A DNA stretch of 64,000 bases from Podarcis gaigeae (GCA_964106915.2 OZ066921.1), one strand, 5' to 3'; shown: positions 12,713-24,307, counted from the stretch's first letter. Notes: generated from the letters alone by a model not told the origin. Translations and numbers: made by a program.

Positions 12713-15700
12713 CAATGAAACAGAGAGGCTGGGGTTGCAAACAGGCTCACCGGCGGCCTGTGTGGATCGCTCCCATGAATGAAGAAGTTGAGGATCACAA
12801 TGGGTGCGTGTGTCTAAAATCACATTGTGAAAAATTCGTGCACGGTTTAATTTTAATATACCTCACCCATGAACACACACACACACACATTTTTGACATA
12901 TATAAAGTACACGTGCAGGCTTGCAAATATTCACACACACACACCTTCTCGCGTTGCAGTTTTTGTTATTTTTAAGCAATTAAGGAGGCTTTTTTTGAGA
13001 GGAAAGCTTGACCGGAAAGGAAGGGGTTAATCATCACACCACCGCCCGCCGGTCTTCCTCCTCCAGCTGACTGCTTTTCACTAAAGGAAGGACGAGGGAA
13101 GCCGTAGCAGGGAGGCTATTACGCGCATCTCTCCGGTACAGCGCCCGTTGGGCTCCGAAGCGCCCCATCAGCACCTCTCCGCACCCCGCTTGCAATGCAA
13201 CCTGGCCAACTCTTTTCCCCACGCGTCTGTTGTATATTGGTTTTACACGCCACTGAAAGGCGCCTGTAGTCAAGCTAAGGACGGCTGAACTCCGGTCAGG
13301 GCCCTTTCCAGGGTTCAAAGCGCCCCCGCCGATCCGTACGACAGTCCTGCAATGCAGGACAGTGAGATGACGGCTGTAAGAGGGGAAACACAGAATATCT
13401 GGAGAGTTGAAGGAAGGGCGCGTGTGCGCCTGGACTGTGGTATCGACAGCACCTCTAGGCTTCACACGTGTGTGTGTGTTTAACCCTCTAAGATTTCTTT
13501 AGGGAACTCCAACTTGAACGAGCTAAGGTCCCAATCCCAGTCTGATGCCAAGAAACAGAATCGGCAAAACCTTTTGCTTTTTCTTCCTTGGGGAGACTTC
13601 CTTTTCGATATTGGAAGAGGAGGCAAAGATTACTCGCGAGTAAATTTCACCGACGAGTGAGGTTTTCGACCGTTTCTCCCTTCCGGTGCCCTTGGTCTCT
13701 AACCGACTTTTCCCGTCCTAGCTCTGCCAAATCACCACCATCCTAACCCTATGGAAGATACTAAGTTATTGAAAATAATATAGAACAAAATAGCAAGTAA
13801 AACGGGGAGCTGGCGTTTTCTCGTGAGGGTGCTTCGCTGTCTCTTTCTCTCTCTCCTCCCCCGCTCCCTCCCTCCCATATTAAATAATAATAATGATAAT
13901 AATATCGAAACTCAGTTGAATATTGGGATATCCACCCATCACACGGCACTTCTAAAACTCCAAGAAGAAAAGTTTTAAAAATATTGGAGATGGGATACAG
14001 AGAAGACTGCATTAGATTAGCAGATAGGGAAAGCTATCAAGAGGAGCGTAATACGATTAAAGATGTTTCTTCGAGATTGCTCGCTATTGATTCCGAGAAT
14101 TTTAATTCTGACTCTTGCTATTGGATATAATCCGCGTTTATTACAAGACGGGAGAGGTTTACGAGAGGAAGCTATCAAGGTCGATTTCTTGAACTGTTTA
14201 ATCCGACATGCACTTCATTTTAAAAAATAATAATAATAAAATAAAAAACAATAAAAAAGAGGAATAGAGTTATAAAATTAAACCCAGACGGGACTGGAAG
14301 CTGGGGGGAGGAAGGGGACAATGGGCGATTATCTGAGAGCACTCTATATATTGTGGAAGATATATATATCCGGCGGGATCCGGGAAACGGAGGAGAAATT
14401 GCGATGCCACGTTAACTGTAACTTTGAAGCGCTTAGAAACTTTTCCTTTTGTGTGTGTGTGGAGGGGATATTCCACAAAGTGAAAACTCATGTCCCCAGG
14501 TGAGTTCTGAGCAGAACTTTATCTGCCGGACTTACTTCCCTGTAAAGGTGCGTAGGGGCTCCTAAGCAGATGGCCAAATCTATAAATAGGTCCTGTGATG
14601 CATCTGATGGACTGTAGCCCGCTAAAGGCTGACGCCAATGTTGCTAGCCCTGAAAGTGTCGCAAGACGCTTTGCTGATGTGTACGCGCGTGCACCGAGGC
14701 GACCATGTCCATGCAGACGTGCCTGTGCGTGTATACTAAACTATGCGTAAATTAGGGCATGACCGTAAGCCGAAGGCTGGAAAAGGCTGTCGAACGACAT
14801 ACGCATAATAACATATAAGAAATCTACACTACGGTAAAGTGTGTGTGAGAGTGAGTGAGTCAGTGAGTGAGAATATGAAAAGGTTAGTAGAGTCTCATGA
14901 ACAGCAAAATAAATCTCTCAAGAGAAGAAGCAATTTTGCCATCGCTGGGGGGTGAGAGTAAATTAAATCAGTGCGGTTGTAATATTTACATGTGGGACTA
15001 AGCCCCACTGAGCTTACTTCTGAGTAAATACGTGCAAGTTCGCCCTGCTCGTCAATTAAATGCCCGTGCATTTGCGAAAGAAAAATGATGGCGTGGTGGT
15101 GGCAATTTTCGGAACAACGTCCGATTATAACATCCAGCAATAATTGAACCAAAAGGGGGTCTTTCTCCCTAAAAGTTCCCCCCTCTCTCATGCCCACAAA
15201 CCCTCTTTCCCTCCTGCGATTTTCTTACAGTTTTGTCTGGTTCAGGTACTCAGGGAAGTCGTACCTCGCCCTTCCTTTGCGCGCACCGCTAAAGAACCCA
15301 GGGACCGAGCAAAACGATCATAAATTTCCTAATTAGAGTTTTAGCACCAAGACAAAAAGCCCTTAATGAGTTCCATTCAGATGCCTGTCATTGTCTCCTT
15401 GTCTGCATGTGTGGTGTCTCCCAACCACCGGCCCCCACCCCATTTTTTCACACCGCTTATTTACCAACGGCCCACGGGGCTGCCCCTACGTCTCCTTTGT
15501 TAAAATTTTAATTTGCCTTCTTTTCTCGCCTTTGATGTCAAAATTCTGACCTACAAGCCTTTGAAGTTTCTTATTAGGAGGGAAATAACTTCTCTAACTC
15601 CCCTTTCTCACTTTATTTTCCCCCTCCTTTTTCTCTCTCCACCTTTACTGTATTTTGACCTACTGTGTTAAAGAAACTACTTCAAAATTCGGTGCGAAAA

Positions 15701-16079
15701 GAGAAATTCACGGTGGGTAGGGGGCGGTTCGCGAAAGAAAGAGAGTGAAAGCAGACTTTTAAATCTATATTAGTGTTCAGTCCAACAGCTCCAGGAATGA
15801 ATAGGTTAATTTGCGCGGGGGGGGGGGGGAGTCGAGGGAGTTTGGGAGATTAATTTTGTGGAGATCATCAGCAAAATAATAAAAACAACAACAATAATAA
15901 TGAAGGGAGTCTGCGTGTGCCACAATTCTGCATGGATCCCTGTCTTAACTGTAGTTGATACATTTTGTTCTGAAGGGAGATTATTTTAATACTGGTAATA
16001 ATAACAATAATAGCAGTAATATTTATTATTATTATGTTTTAAGCAACGACTCTCCTGGACTGTGTTAAATCTTTGTAGA

Positions 16080-16778
16080 AACCCCGGACTGATTGGCGAT
16101 GGCTTCCACCAGATTTGAAAAGCACTCAAATAAAAGACGGCGACGTCAGTAAATGGAAGGCGTGAGTGGCGGGGGGAGGGAGTGAGAAAAGAGCCGGAGT
16201 GAGAAACCGAGAGCGAGCGAGAGAGAGAGAGAATGACTTAAAAGAAAGAGGAGGAGCTTCGAGAGAGAGACTCCGGCTGTCAATCAAAGGCGGGAGTTCC
16301 AATAATCTCCAGCAATCTGTTAGGACCTGACCTGGAGTCCACTCAGATCAATAGGAAAAGTGAAGGGAGAAAGAGACGGAGGATCGTTACGCAGCAGCGG
16401 CTGGAGGAGGAGGAAGAAGAAGACGAAGAAGAGGAAGAGGAGGAGGCGGCGGCGGCAGCAGCAACAGCGACAGCCCCCCCCGGCCTCGCCTGGTCTCCCC
16501 ACCCCGCTAACCCACCCGGCACCGCCAATGCCTGGCAGACTTTCTGAGACGCACTAAAAAAGTGCAGGCGAGGCGAGCAAAGGGCGAACGACCGGGCTCC
16601 TTTTCTTCGCTTCTGCGCCTCTCTCTCTCTCTTTCCTTCCTTCCTCGCGCTCTCTCCTTTCGCTTCTCTTTCCTTTCCTCCCCCTCCCTCTTTCCCCTCC
16701 CCTCTTTCCTTCCCCCCTTCCTTCCCCTCTTCCCCCCCTCCTCGCCTCTCCACCCCCCCAACCACACACCACCCCGCC
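16080..16778 (+). promoter_or_regulatory. IRX3 CpG-rich core promoter and 5' UTR
   Basis: Reverse CCAAT (~16092), CRE-like CGACGTCA (16141), GC box, CTGTCAATCA (16277-16286), ATCAAAG (16283-16289), CCAAT (16299). TSS inferred near 16300-16350. Confidence 0.7.
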
Positions 16779-17000
16779 ATGGCATTTTCCCAGTTGGGAT
16801 ACCAGTATATCCGGCCGCTCTACCCATCGGATCGCCAAGGGAACAGCAGCTCCCGAAGCGGGGCAGACCTCAGCCCGACGGGGACGCTCTCCAACGTGCT
16901 CTCCTCCATGTACGGAGCGCCGTACGCGGCAGCCGCGGCTGCTCAGGGATACGGAGCCTTCCTCCCCTACACCGCCGAGCTACCCATCTTCCCGCAGCTG
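16779..17000 (+). CDS. IRX3: IRX3 coding exon 1 (74 codons)
   Basis: ATG in strong Kozak context (ccgccATGg); ends ...FPQL before donor GTAAGG at 17001. Confidence 0.95.
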
Positions 17001-18066
17001 GTAAGGAGACGAGTCCATAGATTCCGCTCTTCTTTCTCTCTCTCTCTTTCTCGCTCTCTGCCACACACACACACCCCAACTCCAGATTTCTCCCTTTAAA
17101 AACCCGCAGTCCTCCTTTCTCCCCCTTTCTTTCTCTTTTTGGAATCTTCAGCTTTTCTTTCTCTTCCAACTCCGCCTGCGATGTGACTTTGCACAGCTGC
17201 GGGAGTAAAGCGAAGACGCAGGAAAAGGTGCAATTGGCTGGCGGTGCTTTGCAAGTGACCAGCTCGGTCTCCTGGTTTCCCCCCCCCCCTCTCGATCTGG
17301 GCCCGGGGGTGCGCTAGAGGGGGCCGAGCAGGCGAGGGGTTAAAAATCTCTCTTCGGCAGATTGAGAAGAGCATGCAAAAAAACTCCTGCCTCGGCTTTA
17401 TTTTTTTAAAAAAAAAAACAACTCGCAGAGTTTGGGACACAGTTCGCGCCCCCTCCCGTGACTTTTTAAATTTTTATTTATTTATTTTTAAAAAGAGAGG
17501 CACCCGGATCCTTAAACCACTGCTTAGTCGGAAGTAATGGGCCGTATTAATTTCAATGCAGCTTTCAAATAATTCCGGGTGTGTGGAGAACTGAACTGAA
17601 CCAAGGGCAGCGGGTGGGAGGAGGGAGGGGGAGAGAGAATCACCTCCGTGAGTGCCTTTGATCGTCTTCTCTCAACGTAAGAACAATCCCATATTGTGCC
17701 TTTTCCTTGTGAATAACACGCACTGGATGAGACGGGGGGGGGGAGTCGGAATCTCGCTTTGAAAATCAGTAATCATGTTACTATTAATAAGCTTTGGAAG
17801 CAAAAAGATCTGCTGTGGGGATCCAAACCTAGCAGAAAATAAAGTGTTCGGGTTTTTCATAATATAAGGGAGCCTGATTTCAACAGAGAGTTGTAGGAAG
17901 GAGTTACTGAGTCCTTTTGTTGTCCATATATCTTCGAGAGTTTGAATATAGTTTCAGAGCGCCATTCCTAGGCCCGTGTTTCCCCAATGAAAGTTGAAAA
18001 AGGGAAATCTAACAATTCCCCCAATACGGACACCCATCAAAACCCTTGGACACAAATGGGCGCTAG

Positions 18067-18132
<66 letters not shown>

Positions 18133-21100
18133 TTCCGTGAGGGGGTTGATTGACAGTTCCATCTAGCGCGCGGAGGAATCGTCAGGCAAAAGGGTGTTTT
18201 GTTTTTTTATTTAAAGGGGGTTTAGCAGCAACACCTCCGTTGTGCAAGTTGCGGGGGGGGGGGGGGAGAGAGGAGAGACACGCAGAAACTTCGAGCAGAG
18301 ATTTTGTCAAGTTAAGCCTGAGCGTTTCTTTAAAGCAAAAACAAAATCCAACTTCTGCAAAGTTGCAAGCGGTGAATTAAAAACAACAACAAGCCTCTGT
18401 CTAATAATACCCTTATCTGTTATGTTTTCTCTCAAGGAAACAATGGGAGATTTAATAGGATCTCCCATTAAATGCACGGCATATGCTGTGCATCCCTCTC
18501 GTCTCCCCACACCACGTCTCATTTGGGGGTTGTGTGTGTGTGTGTGTGTGTGTGAATATATACGTAAACCTATTTTACTTCTGTCATGTATATGATAATG
18601 TCCAGCTACTTTTCGAGATTGTGTTTCCCGAGTTCTGGAGGCCAGGGCTGCATGCGAATGGCCCAAGAAGTTTAAAAAACGCAAGCGAGATGCGCGCGCG
18701 TGTGCGCCTTCAACTCGCTATTGAAAATACTTTTCAAAAAGGACTGGCTGGGACACCTTTAGAACTCTGTGGATTTAAGAAATAACAGGCAGCCTCCCAA
18801 CCGCCCCCCGCACAAACATCAACCCCCTTTATAACTTTTGAAATGACAAATTATTATAAAACTGCAGACGGAATCGCACTTCTCCATATATATCGAACTT
18901 AAAAGGGCAAGCTTCCGAGTCTTACAGCGTTCTTCGTCATCCGGCAGAATGACAGCCGCGCAGCCCTTGATTCATTTGATCCCGTCGAATATATTGCTCG
19001 GCTTATCTTCCACCCCTTTGGGAGTCAAGAGGGCTACTGAACCGGTGTGGGGGCTCTCTCCTCCTTGAAAGAGCCCATTTCCATGGCTAACCGTTAGTTG
19101 CTCTGTGTAACGCCCCCCTCCCCATTTTTTCTGTCCTTCTCCAGGGAGCCCAGTATGAGCTGAAGGAGGGCCCCGGCGTCCAGCACCCGGCTTTTCCTCA
19201 CCACCACCCGGCTTTCTACCCCTATGGCCAGTACCAGTTTGGCGACCCGTCGAGGCCCAAGAACGCCACCCGCGAGAGCACCAGCACCCTCAAGGCCTGG
19301 CTGAACGAGCACCGGAAAAACCCTTACCCCACCAAAGGCGAGAAGATCATGCTGGCCATCATCACCAAGATGACCCTCACGCAGGTCTCCACCTGGTTCG
19401 CCAACGCCCGGCGGCGCCTCAAAAAGGAGAATAAAATGACCTGGGCTCCGCGGAGCCGCACCGACGAGGAGGGCAACTCTTATGGCAGCGAGCACGACGA
19501 AGAGGACGGCGAAGGCGACAAGCGGGACCCCGACGACGAGGAGATCGACCTGGAGAACATCGACACCGAGAATATGGAGAGCGGAGCGCCAGGGGCCAAA
19601 GCGGGGCAGCTTCTCCTGGAAGGGGAGGACGACGAGGAGGAGGACGAGGAGGAGGAGGAAGAGGACGAGGAACCGCCGGATGATTCGGTGCTCCTGCATT
19701 CCGACGCCAAAACCACCGACTCGGACGGCTCCGACGGCTTCGAGGACCTGCCGGGAGCTCAGGAGCGCTTCTTGAAGGCTATGGAGGCCCGTCAGCGCGC
19801 CTCGTCGGGCGAGCTGCCTTCGCCAGCGACTCTCCAGCAGCAGCAGCTGCAGCAACAGCGCCATCCGTCCTCCCCAGCGTCCCCCCCAACGGCTCCCAGC
19901 CCCGCTTTGGCACCCCAAGCGCAGCCTCCCAAGCCCAAGATCTGGTCCTTAGCAGAGACGGCTACCAGCCCGGATAACCCGTCGCGGAAATCTCCCCCCA
20001 GCGGAGGTTCCCCCCCTGCGGCAGCGGCCACCCCCCAGAGCCTCCAGCTGGTGGGAGCCCCCGCACCGTCGCAGCCTCCTCCGACAGCCCCGGGCCCCGC
20101 GCACAGACTGGTCGCTTCTTGCCCTCTGGGCAAATTCGCTAACTGGTCCAGCCGGGCCTTCTCTGCCCACCCCCATCACCACCACCACCACCATCCCCAC
20201 CCGCTCACTTTACTGAACACTCCCCACCTGCTGGGACTCGGGGGGGCGAACCCCAGCGCGGCCCCCAGCGCGGCGGCTATCGCGGCTTTCTCCAGACCCG
20301 CGGACCAAGCGCAGAGCGCGGAGTCCTCCGGAACAGGTAACCCATTCGATGGGAGGGAGGCGTATACCTGAGAGGGGGGAAAGGAAAGGGGCGAGGGGGG
20401 AAACAACTTGGCTGCAACCCTAAGACCTATGGGACTTACGTGGGGGAGAGAAGTTTGAACTAGGGTGGGTTTGTATGCGAGGCTGCATGTTTATTCCCTG
20501 AGACTTATGTGGCATTCAGTTAAGTTTCCTTAGACAACACTGAAATGAACCTGAAGAAATTTGAGTCCATTCATTTCAGTGGGTCTACTCTGATTAAAAC
20601 TAAGCTGGCTACCACTAAAACAACTTATAAGAACGCAAATGGTAGAGGGGAGGGGGACTTAGAAGGAAGCTCCAGAATAGAGTAGGTGGAATAAAAAACG
20701 ACGAAAGCGGGAGGTATTCCTCGAGGGTTTGAAGCCCAAAGAAGCAATTCATTATGACGGGGAAAGACAGTCAGACCCTCACTGCTCCCTTTTTTGGACT
20801 CTCTATATCTCTTTTCCCAAAAGAGGTCCAGGGTTTCTTAGTTGGCCTAAAGATTCAGTTTATATTTCGGACAGAAACATTGGCTGGATCTCTCCACAGC
20901 CCACGAACATGCAAGATCATGCTGGATCAGTTTCTGTCTCCTATTCTATCGACTTCAGTGCCAGGCTCCCCATTTAGAATCACATGGTAATAAATAAATC
21001 AGAAGGCCTTTACCTGGGGCGCATTCTTTTTAAAACAACAACTTCCACCAATATTGCCTTCAAAACCGGGGGAGCTTTTTTTTTTAAAAAAATTGCATTC

Positions 21101-23061
21101 TCCCAGTTAGGTATACCCTAGTTGCTGTGGTCAGAATTGGTGCTCTCTGTATTGATGGTATCATCTGCCTATTTTAAAATGACATTTAACACCCCCCCCC
21201 CAAAAAAAAATCCCTCTTATATTTGCTAGGAAAGAAATCCCCAAACTGAAATCAAAGGTGTGGGTCTTTGGTTTGTTTGTTTTTTTACTTCCATGTAAAA
21301 TGGGTTTGGCAATCCAGGTGTTCTGTGACCTTAAGCACACACTCTGAAGCGATCAAGCAAATCCCATTGAAATGAAGCATTTTTATTTTAATACTGGACG
21401 TGGTTAGGATCTGGGTTCTCTTTAACAGGTTTTCATTTTTTCATTTATTAAAAAAGAATGTACTGAGCTAAGTTGCTAAGAGTGAAATGAATTCAGGAAC
21501 CTTAGAGAAGCAAATCCAAGGTGGGGTTTTTTTTAAAAAAAGGAACCTTTTTTTTCTTTGTTTGCTTTTGTTTGTTTTAGATCGATCTAGTGCCTTGGAA
21601 GTAGAGAAAAAGTTAATAAAGACAGCTTTTCAACCAGTTCAGAGGCGGTAAGAGATTATCTATGTCCTAGAGGGTACATTAAAAAGGGAGAGGAATTTGC
21701 TTGTAGACCAATTCCCATTGACATCAATGGGACTTGCTGCCCTGCAAGATGCAATCTCTTGCAGACTTTCTTGGGAGTAAATGCCACTGAAACCAGGACT
21801 TGGACTTTCTTCCAAGTAAACATGTGAGGCAATTGTGCCCCACCATGTATATTTAGGACTGGGGAAGAATTATATATGGCCAGTTTGGTTCCAGTCCCTC
21901 TGAGATTCATTTTCCAAGCCAGCTTTAGTGCACTTTTGTGATGTTAGATAAGAGCACCAAGGAAAGATTGCAGAGTCAGTTTTCTAGAATTTGTAAACTA
22001 GTGCTTGTGAGATACAAAGGTCCCCTCTGCAACTCTTTCAAGTCTTGTTAAAAATCAATATAGGGAAGCAGAAAATTCCCAGTCTGATCACCTCCTTTTT
22101 AATCCTCCAGTTCAAAACTGGCCAAATTGAAATATTGGTTTAGTCTATGAAATAAGGTGGACAGGCCAATGTAAACTCTGCTCTCTTGCATACCTGTGGA
22201 GTTTAGGTGTGTGATATATCTGCATATATTTATTTGCACATGCACACCTATATGCATAATCTATCCTAGCTATGTACAAGCGTGCATTCACAAATGCACA
22301 CAGATGCACCCTAATGAAGTGAATAGATTTAATTGTGTGGTTGGTGCATATGCACACACACATATATTTCTTTGGCTATAATACCATGCACTGTGTCTGC
22401 ATGTTGACTAGAAAGAATGCGCCATGATTGCGTGTGAGAGAGTACATATGCTTGTGCATAAATGTACATATATTTCATAACTTGCATTTAGCAGTGAAAT
22501 AGTGTTCACTGCAAGGTTGCTTGATAGTGCTTAAAAATGCACAGTGCTTTGGCCTAAATAAAAAAAAAAAAGTAAAAGGATTATGTCTCTAACATATTAG
22601 AGTGGCTATAAAACTGCAGAGGGTTAGCCATGTGAATCTGCTGCAGCAAAACTAAGAAAAGATTCTCCCGACACCTTAAAGACTAACATATGGATTGTGG
22701 CATCAGTTTTTATGGACTAAAGGCAAAGGAGCAGGCGGGTTAGTGCATTTCAGAACTCCGCAAAAGCTTATGTTGCAGTCAATCTGTTAGCCTTTAAAGG
22801 GCACCCCCCACTCCGCATAAAATTGGAGTAGTTTTTGCTCATGGTTTTTGAATGTTTTCAAAGACTTTTTGTTCCACGTTAAAGAAAGCATAAAAGCTCC
22901 ACTGCAGTCTCCAGTTCTGGCTGCCTATTAGATGATCAGAGAAATCAGTATTCAAGATATATATCTATATATCTTCTTTTTTTCTTCTGTGTTCCTTTTC
23001 TTCCAGGCCTCAGAACCAACTTGATGCAGCTATGGTTCTATCTGCGTTGTCATCATCATAG
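16779..23061 (+). CDS. IRX3: Iroquois homeobox protein 3, spliced CDS join(16779..17000,19145..20336,21581..21647,23007..23061), 1536 nt / 511 aa
   Basis: All introns are GT..AG and the phases (0,1,2) keep one open frame to TAG at 23059-23061. N-terminus [20 protein letters not shown] homeodomain [70 protein letters not shown] box [13 protein letters not shown] and C-terminus [36 protein letters not shown] match vertebrate IRX3. Confidence 0.96.
18070..18129. repeat. (CT)n microsatellite in IRX3 intron 1
   Basis: About 30 units. Confidence 0.95.
19145..20336 (+). CDS. IRX3: IRX3 coding exon 2 (homeodomain ~19244-19432, acidic tract, poly-Q, IRO box 19931-19969, poly-H)
   Basis: Polypyrimidine tract plus CCAG acceptor at 19141-19144; reads [17 protein letters not shown]... 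in frame with ORF 19349..20371; donor AG|GTAACC at 20337. Confidence 0.95.
21581..21647 (+). CDS. IRX3: IRX3 coding exon 3
   Basis: T-rich acceptor ...ttttAG; encodes [22 protein letters not shown](R); donor GTAAGA at 21648. Confidence 0.92.
23007..23061 (+). CDS. IRX3: IRX3 coding exon 4 (to stop)
   Basis: Acceptor ttcttccAG; encodes (R)[17 protein letters not shown], the recognisable IRX3 C-terminus. Confidence 0.92.
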
Positions 23062-23375
23062 TTAATTTTTTTATAATTATTGTTCTAATGATTGTAAAAT
23101 AAAATTCTCTGTATAGTTACAACTTGTACGCATGTCCATGTATCAAATGAAAAAAATTACAAAAACCAAGAAAAAAAAAACCCCTGCTTCTGTGCTATCA
23201 TCTGGATTAGCTGAATTCGTGAGGTTTTTTGGAAGTCCAGTGCGAAATAGGCGTCTTCATTTTCTTTTTTGTATATATAGTAAAAAGGAAAAAAAATGTA
23301 CATATGTGTGAACCAAATTGTACAAGAAAGTATATATTTTTGGCTAATAAACTGTTGCCACTTTGACTACAATTT
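23062..23375 (+). terminator. IRX3: IRX3 3' UTR with polyadenylation signals (AATAAA at 23098-23103 and 23346-23351)
   Basis: AU-rich UTR with two canonical hexamers; the distal one is preceded by UGUA motifs and followed by T-rich sequence. Exact cleavage site inferred. Confidence 0.7.
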
Positions 23376-23391
23376 TCTGATACCTACGTGA

Positions 23392-23448
<57 letters not shown>
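23392..23448. repeat. (ATT)19 microsatellite
   Basis: Direct read. Confidence 0.95.
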
Positions 23449-23451
<3 letters not shown>

Positions 23452-24307
23452 CATGATTTCCTTTTGTCACTTTGGGAAACTTTTAAACTAGTTTTGGAAG
23501 ATTCCCCACCGTGCTTAGATTTCCAGAAGGGTAGCCGTCTTTAGAGGCTTCCAAATCCAAAACAAAAAGTACGAGAACGAAAATCAGTAGCAGTCCTGAG
23601 TACAAAATGCAGCTGTGTGAGCTAGCTAGAAAAAAATGTCAACTGTGTGTTTGTGTACAGGAAAAAGAGGTGTGTGCGTATTCATTTGAATTAAAGAGAG
23701 CGGGGGCAGAAATATATACAGTATTTGGGACTTTCTGGTTACTTTGCTGTATTAATTTTTAAATAGATTTTTTTGGGGGGGGGGGACCCGCGTGTTTATG
23801 TATTAGGAATGACTGGTGGTGCCATCGCTGCAGATCTTATCAAAACGCCTCGCACTACCCTGTTTTTGTTTTGTGTGTGTGTGTGTGTTAAGAGGTTCTT
23901 GTTGAAAGCCAAGTCCGCTGGTTTAAAGGGCCCATATTTTTCAAAGTTGCAAAAAACCTCCTTAGGAGATCGAATCGTCCTTTCGCTTTGCGGCTGCAAG
24001 TCCTGGGCGATTTCAGGGGGTCGTTCAAAGCGTTCTCGCGTCTGTTTGAATTGCTAAGCGCTACGGGGGCTGGTTTGTGTGTGTGATTTCCACACCCCCC
24101 CGGCAGCTTCTCCTTCCACGTTCGCATAAGGATCGCACTGTATATTTGAGACAGCTGTTGTCTGGATCAAGTCAGGGGCAAGGCAAGTTGCGAAAGTCAG
24201 CCCCGTCGTATTTCTCCTTGTCTTCTTTCCACGGCTAAAGAGACACAAGGTCGGAAGGAGGTGGGCGGAGAGAGGAAAGGCCCGAGTAAAAGGAGGAAAG
24301 AGGAGAG

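Noticed and set aside
16320-17440. Cluster of overlapping ORFs around the promoter and exon 1
   Set aside because: Produced by low-complexity purine/pyrimidine tracts lacking stop codons.
19349-20371. 340-aa ORF as a stand-alone gene
   Set aside because: It is the internal part of IRX3 exon 2; it starts mid-homeodomain and runs into intron 2.
19094-20406. Antisense and alternative-frame ORFs over exon 2 (e.g. 274 aa at 19094..19918)
   Set aside because: Shadow ORFs of GC-rich IRX3 coding sequence; no domain features.
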